Shown here one piece after another: positions 24,531 to 37,634 of a stretch of DNA of 64,000 nucleotides. Each line of letters starts with the position of its first letter. The first letter of the stretch is position 1. The position numbers and the translations under genes were made by a program. The stretch lies in NCBI GenBank assembly GCA_030390025.1, contig CM059432.1, positions 85,376,001-85,440,000 of the forward strand. The letters run 5' to 3'. Under the pieces are notes generated by a model, which searched no databases, was not told the origin of the DNA, and worked only from the letters and a program-made list of their open reading frames with translations. Origin of the DNA: Squalus acanthias. Lineage: Eukaryota.

Positions 24531-26174
24531 ATTGCCTCCTCCTTTACTGCTACATTGGCAGCATCCTCTTTTCTATTTGACCCATTTGAGGTTTTCCTGC
24601 TTGAAGGAGTTTTGCTCCTGACAAAAATATATCAGGTTCATTTGTCTTACTTTTGATATTGCAACATTTCCAACACTTAATGAGGGCTGTACTGGCACGG
24701 GACCTCACCCTCCAGCTTCACCGTCGGAGGCAGCGGAGGCAGAGAGAAAGATTGGAAAACGTGGCCAGAGGGAGGAGGGCCAACAGGGCTCTCAACAGGA
24801 GACCTTACCCTCCCGGGGTATTCCAGGAGCAGTTCTCCTACATTCATCTGTCAGAGGAGCAGTGCCTTAGAAGACTCCGCTTCAGCAAGGAGGTGGTCAC
24901 AGAGCTCTGCCACCTCCTGCAGCCAGAGCTCCAGCCTCAGCTCAGGACCAGGACATCTCTCTCAGTGGCAGTGAAGGTCACAGTCGCTCTCAATTTCTAC
25001 GCCAGCAGCTCCTTCCAAGCTTCAACAGGGGATATTGCATACATTTCGCAGTTCGCCATCCATTGCTGCATCCAGGAGGTCACAGATGCACTGTACAGAA
25101 AGAGAAGGGAGTACATCTCATTCCCCCTGACCAGAGACAAACAGCATGAACGCTCATGTGGCTTTGCAAGGATAGCAGGCTTCCCCATGGTTCAGGGCGC
25201 AATTGATTACACCCACGTGGCATTGCAGGCACTTCATCACAATGCAGAGGTGTTCCGCAAAGGCTACCACTCTCTTAAGGTGCAGTTGATTTGCGACCAC
25301 AGACAGCGCATCCTCGCCGTCAATGGCCTTTATCCTGGCAGCAGCCACGATGCATTCATCCTGCGACAGACTGGTGTCCCAGCACTGTTCCAACCACCAC
25401 ATGAAGCTTGCGACTGGCTGCTTGGAGACAAGGGTTATCCACTCGCCACCTGGCCAAATTACACCCCTCCGCAACCCCAACACTCCTGCTCAGCATGCAT
25501 ACAATGACAGCCATAGTGTCACCAGGAACCTGATCGAACAGACTATCGGCATGCTAAAGCAATAGTTCCACTGCCTTGACCACTCTGGAGGAGCCCTGCA
25601 GTACTCCCCTGATCGAGTCTCTTCCTGCACTGTATGTGGGCCCTGGGGACCACAGTGCTGCCCGAGACGTGCTGCTCTTGCTCCCTCCACATGGTGTGGA
25701 AGACGTGGCGACGGCCTCCTGCCACATGCTGGGTAGAGCACCAGCCTCCATCTCTCCACAGTGAACACTAACACCTCCAATGCTTGATTGCAGAATCTGC
25801 GGGCTCTCTCCCTGGGGCGTGGATCTGCCATGAGTACAGCTGCTTGAGTCGTCCGGCTCCTTCTACTTGACCTGCTGCTGCTGGCTGAGGCTGCTGCACA
25901 GCCAGCAATGCTGAGAATGAGGTTCTGCAGCATCTCCCCTTTAAGATCTGGAAAAAGCCTGTGGCAGTGATGACTAGCGATTAGACTGCACCTGACATTG
26001 GTTCACCCTTTGAATGTAACGCTTGGGCTTTAAGGCTTGAATTAGAACCCCAATCATTTCTTTGAGCAGTGATACTTAATTTTGCGTGCAGCCTAAAGCA
26101 TTAGCGCCTGGCGCTAATTCTCCAGCTTTTCTAATTTTACCGCCCATTTCTGGGCTATAATGAATTTCTAGCCC
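24531..26174 (+). mobile_element. PIF/Harbinger element, left end missing, internally deleted
   Basis: Transposase on +, Myb exon 1 on - (25831-25620, MADPRPRERARRF). Right terminus AATTTCTAGCCC is shared with 32391 and 46640. Confidence 0.9.
24680..25620 (+). pseudogene. Harbinger (HARBI1-like) DDE transposase
   Basis: RRLRFSKE, ALNFYAS, GFPMVQGAIDYTHV, YPGSSHDAFIL, LLGDKGYP. Frameshifted and truncated. Confidence 0.92.
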
Positions 26175-27554
26175 TATGGAATCTAAATTCAACACTGTTT
26201 CGCTCATTTTCTAGACATTAAATAATAACCAGTGTAGCAGGGCAGAGGTCCATGCCCAATCAGCATTGGTTCACTTTTAAATTGGTCAGGGCCATATTGA
26301 AATGAGGATCCTGCATCCATTCCCAACCCAGATACCTAAAATCATCTAGACTAGTCAATCTTGTGCTTTGCAAGCTCCGACCAGTATTTCTAGGTCTTAA
26401 GCTGGAGGCCGACTCAAAAAAAAGCTCCAAAACTTCCTGAAATCTCCACCCCCCCTTCCCTGCCAAGACCGCAAATCTCCACCGGTCATTGCCATTCTTT
26501 GCCAAGACCCCAAAACCCCGAATTTCCAGTCACCCTGTACCTTCTTCCCCCCAGTAAGACCCCAAGATCCACTAGCTGCTGAACCCGCTCCCCCTGCCCA
26601 GACCTCAAGCTGCCATCAGTGTAGGCCCCCACTGGTCACTGATCCCCTGGCACGCAGCACCCCACCAAGCCAAGCTCCTTTGGAGCATTCAGAATGCCTG
26701 CAGCTTCCCTGGCTGGAGCCCCATTCCAGGTCTCCACGCACTGCACCACATAATGCTAACAGTTCATTCCTGCTATGAGCAGGAATAGCTTTACATTGGC
26801 TTTGAATTTTTTTTAATTAGTTATTTGTAAACTTCATTAATTTCCCTACCTCCCCAAAATTTTAGAAACTGGCTTACCCCAGCAATGAGCTGGGGAAGCC
26901 TCTCATTTAAAGCACATTGCACTTAAGTAGTAATTGCCGATTTTTGTCAGCATGTACAATATCAATCATGTTTGCACTTTAAAGCAGAGGCTTTGCCCTT
27001 TAGGTAATGCCACGTGGCCTTTGCACGGCAGGTTGCAAGGAAAAGGTTGAGATGGTCAGGGCAGGAGCTTTGAGTGGGAGGGGGAATGGATGCTATATAC
27101 AAGACTTTTAATATGTAACTAACTGATGTCTATGTCATTGTTCATGGTAATTTGGAGATTTCATTCAAACAGGGGTGTTATGCCAAGCAGTATTATCAGC
27201 GACACTAATTTATCACGCTGCCTGATAGAGTCCTGTGTATTGCTGCTTCAACATATAACAGCCTCCAGCTGGGACTGGGACTCATAGGGAAATTGGTGAC
27301 TATAGGGCTGGGCTTTTAAAGAGCTTCTATAAAAAGTAATAAACCTACCAGTAAGTTGGGATGTACTATGTAAGAAGTATTTAGTTTAGATTGGCTTGCT
27401 TAAATATATACAGAGTAGGACTTACTGGATCATGCTATCTTCCTCCACTACCTTTCCTGTGTTGCCAATACCATAGAACTTCCTTCAAGTGGTTCCCGTC
27501 CTATCAAAGGCAGTCAGCACATCATAGCACTGATCTATCCTTGGCCCCCGCTTT

Positions 27555-27690
27555 TCCTCATTTAAATGCTACTCCTCAATGATATCATCCAGGCGTGGGC
27601 TCAGCTTCCATATGTATGCTGATGACACCCAGTTCTATCTGTCCCCGACTTCTTTCGACCCCACGACAACTTCTGTGATGTCAGATTTGC
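27555..27690 (+). mobile_element. L2 RT fragment
   Basis: GLSFHMYADDTQFYLS motif. Confidence 0.65.
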
Positions 27691-27751
27691 TAAAAGCAAT
27701 CGCCTTATAAGCTTTCAGCAGAAAGTCTGATTCGCCATGGCCTCTCTGGAA

Positions 27752-30600
27752 GTCATAGAATCATAGAAATTTACGGCACAGAGGAGGCCATTCGGCCCAT
27801 CATGTCTGCAACGGTCGAAAAAGAGCTATCCAGCCTAATCCCTACTTTCCAGCTCTTGGTCCGTAGTCTTGCAGCTTACGGCACTTCAAGTGCATATCCA
27901 AGTACTTTTTAAATGTGATGAGGGTTTCTGCCTCTACCACCCTTTCAGGCAGTGAGTTCCAGACCCCCACCACCCTCTGGGTGAAAATATTTCTCCTCAA
28001 ATCCCCTATACACCTCATACCAATTACTTTAAATCTATGCCCCCTGGTTATCGACCCCTCTGCTAAGGGAAATAGGTCCTTCCTATCCATTCTATCTAGG
28101 CCCCTCATACTTTTATACACCTCAATTAGGTCTCCCCTTAGCCTCCTCTGTTCCAAAGAAAATGACCCCAGCCTATCCAATCTTTCCTCATAGCTAAAAT
28201 TCCCCAGCCCAGGCAACATCCTCGTAAATCTCCTCTGCACCCTCTCTAGTGCACTCACATCCTTCCTGTAATGTGATGACCAGAACTGCACGCAGTATTC
28301 TCATTGCGGCCTAAGTCGTGTTTTATACAGTTCAAGGATAACTGCCCTGCTCTTATAGTCTGTGCCTCGGCTAATAAAGGCAAGTATCCCGTATGCCTTC
28401 TTAACCACCTTATCTACCTGTCCTCCTACCTTTAAGGATCTATGGACATGCACTCCAAGGTCCCTCTGATCCTCTGCACTTCTCAGTGTCCTACCATTTA
28501 TTGTGTATTCTCTTACCTTGTTAGCCCTCCCCAAATGCATTACTTCACACTTCTCCGGATTGAATTCCATTTGCCACTGTTCTGCCCACCTGACCAGTCC
28601 ATTGATATCTTCCTGCAGTCTGCAGCTTTCTTCTTCATTATCAACCACACGGCCAATTTTTGTATCATCTGCAAACTTTTTAATCATACTTCCTACGTTC
28701 AAGTCCAAATCATTGATATATACCACAAAAAGCAAAGGACCCAGTACTGAGCCCTGCGGAACCCCACTGGAAACAGCCTTTCAGTCACAAAAACACCCTT
28801 CAACCATTACCCTTTGTTTCCTGCCTCTGAGCCAATTTTGGATCCAACTTGCCACTTTGCCTTGGATCCCATGGGCTTTTACTTTCGTGACCAGTCTGCC
28901 ATGCGGGACCTTATCAAAAAGCCTTGTTAAAATCCATATAGACTACATCAAACGCACTACCCTCATCGACCCTCCTTGTTACCTCCTCAAAAAATTCAAT
29001 CAAGTTAGTCAGACATGACCTTCCCATAACAAATCCATGCTGACTGTTCCTGATTAATCTGTGTCTTTCTAAATGAAGATTTATCCTGTCCCTCACAATT
29101 TTTTTCAATAATTTTCCCACCACCGAGGTTAGGCTGACTGGCCTGTAATTACTCGATCTATCCCTTTCTCCCTTTTTAAACAACGGTACAGGTTGAGCGT
29201 CCAAAATCCGGAGTTCCGGAATGTTCCGGAATCCGGACTCCGGGACGATTGGTGGCAGGATCGTCCGGAATCCGTAAAATGTTCCGGAATCCGGAACTCC
29301 GGATTTTGGACGCTCAACCTGTACTTCAAAAAGCCATTAACTTTTGTTGTCTTTTTTTGAAAAATCCTATGAAAAATGCGAGTGATGCAATAATACTTAG
29401 GTGTTGTGTTTTATCCTCCTTAATCTGCACAGCTCCACTAAGTGTTTCCGCCAGGCTGCGGCCACGACACCACGCTGCCCTGGTGGCCTAGTGTGGGCCA
29501 TCGGATGCTCTGCAGAGCTCGCAGTGTTCCTCCCCTTTAACAGAAGGGGAGGGGCGGAGAAACGCGTCAGCGCTACGCGGAGCGGCCCAGGCATTTCCGG
29601 ACTCGGAACGCGTTTCTGATGTCCGAAATCCGGAAACGCCCGAGCCCAGGTTGCGATATTTCCGGACTTCGGACATCAGAAACACGTTCCGAAGTCTGGA
29701 AAAACACGAAAACCGGCTCGGCCTCGGTCTCGAGGTTGCCGGATTCAGGACGCTCAACCTGTACCACATTAGTAGTCCTCCAGTCCTCCGGCACCACACC
29801 TGTAGCCAGAGAGGATTGGAAAATGATGGTCAGAGCTTCTGCTATTTCCTCTCTTACTTTTCTTAACAGTCTGGGATACATTTCATCCGTGCCTGGGGAT
29901 TTATCCACTTTCAAAAATGCTAAATTCCATAATACTTCCTCTTTCACACTCCTCCTCCCTGATTGCAACTTCTGCATCGTCCCTCTCTTTTGTGAAAACA
30001 GACGCAAAGTATTAATTAAGAACCATACCCATGTCTTCCGCCTCCACATACAGATTATCTTTATGGTCCTTAATAGGCCGTACTCTTACTTTAGTTATCC
30101 TCTTGCTCTTAATGTATTTATAAAACATCTTTGGGTTTTCCATGATTTTACTTGCCAATATTTTTTCATGCCCTCTTTGCTTTCCTAATTTCCTTTTTAA
30201 TTTCACCCCTGCACTTTCTATACGCTAGGGTTTCTGCAGTATTGAGCCCTGTCTTGTTGGGCTTGCTACGTGCTGGCTTAAAAAGTTCTCCTGAATGCAT
30301 TTTAAGAATTCTGCTCCCTCTATACCTTTCACACTAATTTTATCCCAGTTAATATTAGGGAAGTTGAAATCACCTACTATTACTGCCCTATTTTTGCACG
30401 TCTCAGAAACTTGCCTACATATTTCCTCTTCTATCCCACTCTGACTGTTTGGGGGTCTATAGTACACTCCCAGCAGTGTGATTGCCCCCTTTTTTGCTTT
30501 TCAGTTCAACCCATATGGCCTCGTTGGATGATCCTTCTAAGATATCATTCCTCCTCACAGCTGTAATTGTTTCTTTAATCAATATTGCGACCCTGCCTCC
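27752..30600 (-). mobile_element. CR1 LINE (second subfamily), truncated in the endonuclease, carrying a Tigger-like MITE
   Basis: ORFs 27842-28291, 28301-28735 (KFADDTK), 28914-29204 and 30225-30467 (YYRPP, GDFN). Confidence 0.95.
29189..29761. mobile_element. Tc1/mariner-pogo (Tigger-like) MITE with three TIRs
   Basis: TA-CAGGTTGAGCGTCC at 29187. GGACGCTCAACCTG-TA ends at both 29321 and 29761. TA duplication in the host CR1. Many TCCGGA subterminal repeats. Confidence 0.9.
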
Positions 30601-32391
30601 TGTACCATCATTTGCAGACTGGAAATGATGGGCTCCATGCTCTGCGCAGAGCCTTGTGCAGAGTTGGAGGCGGACTCCTCCACGCTCCTTGCCATTGCAC
30701 CTATCATTTCCATGTGCATGCCCATCACTGTTCTTCTAAAGAGCCTCCCCATCGAGGTCCTTATCTGAGTCCTGTGGAGCAGAACTCGCGCGTAAACATG
30801 CCCTCTGGGGAGCTGGTCCCCAAGCTACCCTTTCCCCTCGTGCCTGGTGCCTCACCCTGTGCAGATCCTGCTACTACATTAGCCTCTAAAGAACACGTAG
30901 TGCCAGTATCTGAGCTGGTGTCTGAGTGACAGATGCAGTGATGCGGTGTCTTCTTCCTCCTCCTCCTTTTCTCCCCCCTCGCTCTCTGCGGTGCCCTCAG
31001 GGACAGGCTGCTCAGGTGCTTGCTGATTGTCTGAAAGCAGAAAGGCACAAGAGTTGGGTTATGGTGAGGGGATGGGGGCAGGAAGGCAGAAATGCATGCA
31101 TACAGCATGGATAGCCTGAAAGTGAGAAAAGATTGTGGGCTGAGGGGTAAGTGGGATGTGAGAAAAAGTAGCAGGAATGAACATACCGTTGTTATCCCCA
31201 AGGGGGTCAACATCGGCGGTTGCCACGGTGCCCACGACCTGGCACCCAATGATCTCCAGCACTCGACTCTCCAGCTGGCTCAGCTGTTCAATGTGGGCTT
31301 AGCCCCCACCTGTCTGCTCCTGCTCCCTCCAGTTGTGAGCCACCTTGGCCTGCAAGAGAAAGGAAAGTGTGTGAGTGAGTGTGGTGCAATGTGTTAGGGT
31401 GATGTGCCTGCCATAGTTGAATAGCTGTCATTGTGTGCAAGGTGTGAGATGTGGGCGTGAATGAGGTAGAGATTGTTGGTGGGTGAGTGCTGGGGTGTGG
31501 TGCATTGAGCAGTGTGTGAAGCTTGTGGTTCATTTGTTGAAGCCTTCACTCACCCTGACCACCCGTGTGAGGTCGTTAAACTTCTTCCTGCACTGGGTGT
31601 GGGTCCTGGGGACCACAGTGCTGCCTGTGACGTGGTCGGCTATCTCCCATCACATAGTGTGGCAGACATGTGGAGAGGACCTCCTGCCAGTTGGCGGGTA
31701 CAGGACCACCCGCCTTCTCTCCACCGCAAAAACTAATGCCTCAAGAGCTTCATCCGAGAACCTACGGGCTCTCTCCCTCTGTCTCCGGTCTGCCATGGTT
31801 CCTACGGATGTCTTCTTACTAGTGTTTGGTTTGCTGTTGGGGCAGCTGCACAGCCAACAATCCTGAGAATGAGGTGCTGCAGCATCAATGAACCTCTCCT
31901 TTAAGTAGTGGAAAAAGCCTGTGTCAATTATGACTTGCAATTAGACTGCCACCGATATTGGTCCAGCTTTTCAGTGTACTCTTTTGGGTACGAACAAATA
32001 AACAGTAAATTAACCAAAATACATTAAATGAAACTTAACAAATTAAATTGAAATTTGATTGTCCGGGGTGATGATGCACTCCAGTCCCTGCAGTGCCCAC
32101 ATGTCGCAGAAGGCCTCGAGCGTGCCGGCGGACACCGCGTGCTCCATCTCCAGGGCCACCCGGGCGCGAACGTGGCCGCGGAAGAGAGGCAGGCAGTCGG
32201 GCCGAACGACCCCAGCTTTTCAGTGTAACACTAATGAGCTTGAGTTTTTAGACTAGAATCATGACTGCAATCATTTTAATAAGGAGTGAGCACGAATTTT
32301 ACATGCATTCTAGACGATTTTCAGGTGGCGCTACGTAACCATTTTTAGTCTGAACGCTGCCCATTTCTTAGCTATAACAAATTTCTAGCCC
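30601..32391 (-). mobile_element. PIF/Harbinger right half (Myb gene exons)
   Basis: MADRRQRERARRFSDEALEALV from 31796 on the minus strand. Exons homologous to 44170-46296. Right terminus AATTTCTAGCCC. Confidence 0.88.
31979..32211 (-). mobile_element. Tx1 3' stub
   Basis: Homologous to 9361-9595. 16-bp TSD CCAGCTTTTCAGTGTA at 31963-31978 and 32212-32227. Confidence 0.8.
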
Positions 32392-33029
32392 ATAGTGTTC
32401 TGTTTAGTGGTAGGTTTCTATTCAGCATGACAAAGAGTAAATAGTAATTTGATCACACTGCTTTCGGTTCTGCATATTTTAAGCTGTGGTATTTAGTACT
32501 TACTACTTGGAGATTTATTAGATCATAGAGTGAATGGTCAGCTATGTGATATGGATCTCCAGCAATGCTAACTATCCTCAGAAGTATACTTGCAGCAAAA
32601 ATGAGAATGTTAATGATGAAACAGTGATTGTTAGTAGATGATCTAGGCACTTTAAAATAGACTGAAGTCATACAGAAGAAGCTACAGGGGTACGGGTGTA
32701 AGATCATTGCAACAAAACTATGGACCACACCTCCATTGAGCTAACTCCTTTCAGATATGCTAGCATGGTCTGTCACTCTCATCCGCCCATTGACCAGCTG
32801 AAAGTGAAAATAGGTGATGATAAGTGAATGCAGAGGCTTCTATTCGCAAAGAAAGCTGGGACATCTAACACCACTAAGATATATAAATGTCTGAATAACC
32901 ATAATGTTCGATGCTTGAACCACCACAATTACAGTATGTCATTCCTTCAGTGGCATGCTACAAAGTTGACCTATAAAGATTGTGCAGTGGTGTGGCACAG
33001 AGGGGCACTCATCTCACAGCAACAACGTT

Positions 33030-34678
33030 TTCTTTATTTGTTCCTGGGATGTGGACGTCACGCGCAAGACCAGCATTTATTGCCCATCCCTAATTGCACT
33101 TGAGAAGGTGGGCCGCCTTCTTCAACCGCTGCAGTCTGTGAGGTGAAGGTGCTCCCACAGTGCTGTTATATAGGGAGTTCCAGGATTTTGACCCAGTGAT
33201 GATGAAGGAGCGGTGATATATTTCCAAGTCAGGATGGTGTGTGATTTGGAGGGGAACTTGCAGGTGATGGTGTCCCCATGCGCCTGCTGCTCTTGTCCTT
33301 CTAGGTGGTAGAGGTCACGGGTTTGGGAGGTGCTGTCAAAGAAGCTGCATCTTGTAGATGGTACACACTGCAGCTACGGTGCGCTGGTGGTGTAGGGAGT
33401 GAATGTTTAAGGTGGTGGTTGGGGTGCCAATCAAGCAGGCTGCTTTGTCCTCGATGGTGTCGAGCTTTTTGAGTGTAGTTGGAGCTGCATTCATCCAGGC
33501 AAGTGGAGAGCATTCCATCACACTCCGGACTTCTGCCTTGAAGATGTTGGAAAGGCTTTGGGGAGTCAACCGGTGAGTCACTCACCACAGAATACCCAGC
33601 CTCTGACTGGCTCTTGTAGCCACAGTATTTATGTGGCTGGTCCAGTTAAGTTTCTGGTCAATGGTGACCCCCCAGGATGTTGATGGTGGGAGATTCGGTG
33701 ATGATAATGCCGTTGAATGTCAAGGGGAGCTGGTTGGACATTCTCTTGTTGGAAATGGTCACTGCCTGGCACATGTGTGCCGCAAATGTTATTTGCCACT
33801 TATCAGCCCAAGCTTGAATGTCGTCCATGTCTTGCTGCATGCGGGCATGGACTGCTTCATTATCTGAGGAGTTGCGAATGGAACTGAACACTGTGCAATC
33901 ATTGGTGAACATCCCCACTTCTGACCCTATGATGGAGGGAAGGTCACTGATGAAGCAGCTGAAGATGGTTGGGCCCAGGACACTGCCCTGAGGAATGCCT
34001 GCAGCATTGTCCTGGGGCTGAGATGATTGGCCTCCAAAAACCACAACCATCTTCCTTTGTGCTAGGTATGACTCTAGCCAGTGGAGAATTTTCCCCCTGA
34101 TTTCCATTGACTTCAATTTTACTAGGGCTCCTTGATGCCACACTCGGTCAAATGCTGTCTTGATGTCAAAGGCAGTCACTTTCACCTCACCTCTGGAGTT
34201 CAGCTCTTTTGTCCATGTTTGGACTAAGGCTGTAATGAGGTCAGGAGCCGAGTGGTGCTGGCGCAACCCAAACTGAGCATTGGTAAGCAGGTTATTGGTG
34301 AGTAGGTGCCGCTTGATAGTATTGTCAATGACACTTTCCATCACTTTACTGATGATTGAGAGTGGAGTGATGGGGCAGTAATTGGCCAAATTGGATTTGT
34401 CCTGCTTTTTGTGGACAGGATATACTTGCGCAATTTTCCACTTTGTTGGGTAGATACCAGTGTTGCAGCTATACTGGAACAGCTTGACTAGAGGCACGGC
34501 TAGTTCCGGAGCACAAGTCTTCAGCACTACAGCCAGGATGTTGTCAGGGCCCATAGCCTTTGCTGTATCCAGTGCGCTCAACCATTTCTTGATATCACCT
34601 GGAGTGAATCGAATTGGCTGAAGGTTGGCTTCTGTGATGGTGGGGACCTCAGGCGGATGCCAAGATGGATCATCCACT
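33030..34678 (-). mobile_element. CR1-group LINE, Zenon-like, 5'-truncated
   Basis: RT ORF 33658-34677 ([22 protein letters not shown]). C-terminus KAEVRSVMECSPLAW...LHHQRTVAAVCTIYK. Tail gggcaataaatgctgg. Clade label is from motif resemblance only. Confidence 0.85.
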
Positions 34679-35691
34679 AGCTTTTGATTCCAGATTTATT
34701 TAATTAATTAGCTGGATTTGAATTCCCCAGCTGTCGTGGTGGGATCATTAGTCCAGGCCTCTGGATTACTAGTCCAGAAATTGCAAAGTACAAGTGCTTA
34801 AAACTTGTATCCGATTTGAAGATATGTTATCATTTAGTTGTGAGTCACAAGAGAGTAATGACCAGTCTTCTCCCATGTTAATTGTGCTATATATAGTGCC
34901 AACTCTCACTCTGTCTCATCAATTCCCACACACTATTAACCTCACCAGCCAAAAGCCTAGCTACCAAACTTTTAACAAAAACATACAACAATTGCATAGC
35001 ATTCTTTTCAAGCTACAACACAACTCAGGGTTGAGATGAGTTTTATAAGCAGCTTAAACTTAATGTATTTTATTTGGACCCTGCAATATGTTGCAGCCTG
35101 TAACACAGTCATCTGTTATCCAATCCAACTATCTATCTATAGATATATAGAATCATAGAATGGTTACAGCACAGAACGAGGTCATCCGGCCTGTCGAGCC
35201 CATGCCAGCTCTCTGCAAGAGCACTTCAGCTAGTCCCACTCCCCCGCCCTTTCCCCTTAGCCCTGCAAATGTTTTTCCTTCGGGTACTTAAACCAATTGC
35301 CTTTTGAAAGCCACGATTGAATCTGCCTCCACCACCCTTTCAGGCAGTGCATTCCAGATCATAACCACTCGCTGCGTAAAGAGGTTTTTCCTCATGTCGC
35401 CTTTGATTCTTCTGCCAATGATCTCAAATCTGTGTCCTCTGGTTCTTGACCCTTCCGTCAATGGGAACAGTTTCTCTCTATCTACTCTGTCTAGACTCCT
35501 CATGATTTTGAACACCTCTATCAAATCTCCTCTCAACCTTCTCTGCTCTAAGGAGAACAAACCCAGCTTCTCCAGTCTATCCACATAGCTGAAGTCCCTC
35601 ATCCCTGGAACCATTCTTGTAAATCTTTTCTGCACCCTCTCTAAGGCCTTCACATCCTTCCTAAAGTGCGGTGTCCAGTATTGGACACAAT

Positions 35692-36531
35692 GGGCTGGAT
35701 TTTACCAGCCCTGAGGGGTCTGGAGGCGGGACAGCTGGGAAAATGGGAAAAATTGGGAGCGGGTCCCAACCTCGCTCCCAACCCGCCTCCGAACGATCTT
35801 TCCGGGAGGCGGGTCCCCGACTCGCGCAGGGACCCATCTCCTAGCGGCAGGGAGGGGATTAGAGCCAATCAACTGCCTGTTAACAAGTAGTTAACAGGCT
35901 TTTCCCCGTTTTCAGCCTGCTGATGCGGCCTTCCCGATGGCGGGAAACCCCGCCAGGGTCAGCAAGGCGAGCTGTGGGTCTGCTGCAGTGTAAGTGTGTA
36001 AATGACAGCTGCAGAGGTAGTGTGATGGGTGCAATGGTGCACAGGTAAGTATGACAGGTAGTGAGAAATATTTTTAATCTGTTTATATGTATCTGCAGGT
36101 GACTAGATTTGATGTTTCTGTGAAGCCTCATCTGATCGGCAGAATTGACAGATGGCTTCTGCACTCTCACATACAGCTGCCATCTGTTTTCTCCTAAGGA
36201 GAGAGTAATTGGTGAGCCTGGATGCAAGGGCTCACCTTTGGACAGTGATTGTCAGTGTTTGACAGCATCTCAGTGCTGTCAAACACTGACAATTCATCTG
36301 TCAAACAATTATGGTGCCTGTCACTTTAACAAAACCAGCAGATGAAGCATCATGCACTGGCGTCATCTGACACCGGCTTTCCCTTAATTGGCCGGCAAGC
36401 CCACAGGGCGGGTTTAACAAGGCCAATCAAGGGAAAATAGCGTCAGGTCGTCAGACGTCACTGGGGGCGGGACTAGAACCCGAAACCAGCAGTCCCGCTC
36501 CCAACGCGCCTCCTCAGGTAAGATCCTGTCC
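35692..36531. mobile_element. Harbinger-type MITE
   Basis: TIR GGGCTGGATTTTACC / GGTAAGATCCTGTCC (imperfect). AAT TSD at 35689-35691 and 36532-36534. Host CR1 is restored on removal. Confidence 0.88.
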
Positions 36532-36704
36532 AATACTCCAGTTGAGGTCAAACCAGTGTTTTATAAAGGTTCATCATAACTTCCTTGCTTTTGTACTCTA
36601 TGCCTCTATTTATGAATGATGCGGAGATGCCGGTGTTGGACTGGGGTGGACAAAATTGAGAGGTCGCACAACACCAGGTTATAGTCCAACAGTTTTATTT
36701 GAAA

Positions 36705-36746
36705 TCACAAGCTTTCGGAGCTATCGATTGCTCCTTCCTCAGGTGA
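36705..36746 (-). ncRNA. Minimal hammerhead ribozyme, left arm
   Basis: Reverse complement of 37593-37634. Confidence 0.78.
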
Positions 36747-37592
36747 AGTAAATTAGATACAGAATCGCCAAAGCATATATAGATAGAAAACAAAGCATGT
36801 GTACCTTACAATTGCAGACCACTAAATTAAATCAACCTGACTATCTGCCGAGGTGTGATAAAGTTAATTAAGTCAGCCAGGAAGGTACCACATCAAAGAC
36901 ATAGCAAGATACAACTGAGACAATGAGGTGTAGTCGCAGGGGTTCTAACGTGTCAAAAGCTGCCGTCTGTATGTAAAACGAAAAGCTTTAAAATTTTTAC
37001 TTTTTTACTGGGAAAATTTTTACTTTTTTACTGGGAATCACATCTGTGAACAAGCTAACGACGACTCGAGTCCGGATCACGTCATGTATCGTGACATAAA
37101 CCCAAGATCCCGATTGAGACCGTCTTCATGAGTGCGGAACTTGGCTTTCAGTTTCTGCTCGATGATTTTGCGTTGTCGTGTGTTTCTAAGATAGCCAAGT
37201 TCCGCACTCATGAAGACGGTCTCAATCGGGATCTTGGGTTTATGTCACGATACATGACGTGATCCGGACTCGAGTCGTCGTTAGCTTGTTCACAGATGTG
37301 ATTCCCAGTAAAAAAGTAAAAATTTTCCCAGTAAAAAAGTAAAAATTTTAAAGCTTTTCGTTTTACATACAGACGGCAGCTTTTGACACGTTAGAACCCC
37401 TGCGACTACACCTCATTGTCTCAGTTGTATCTTGCTATGTCTTTGATGTGGTACCTTCCTGGCTGACTTAATTAACTTTATCACACCTCGGCAGATAGTC
37501 AGGATGATTTAATTTAGTGGTCTGCAATTGTAAGGTACACATGCTTTGTTTTCTATCTATATATGCTCTGGCGATTCTGTATCCAATTTACT

Positions 37593-37634
37593 TCACCTGA
37601 GGAAGGAGCAATCGATAGCTCCGAAAGCTTGTGA
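37593..37634 (+). ncRNA. Minimal hammerhead ribozyme, right arm
   Basis: UCAC-CUGAGGA-A-GGAGC-AAUCGAUA-GCUCC-GAAA-GCUU-GUGA: core, 5-bp stem II, stem I UCAC/GUGA, palindromic AAGCUU. Confidence 0.78.

Noticed and set aside
24680..25620. Host HARBI1 gene
   Set aside because: Multi-copy, frameshifted and linked to a TIR-like end and Myb partner, so it is a transposon copy rather than the domesticated gene.
29189..29321. CRISPR-like repeats (TCCGGAATCCGGA)
   Set aside because: Irregular subterminal repeats inside TIRs in a vertebrate context, with no spacers or cas genes.
32453..32800. Possible minus-strand host exon (acceptor near 32798, gtaagt near 32497)
   Set aside because: All three frames from the acceptor hit stops and the ORF resembles no protein I recognise.
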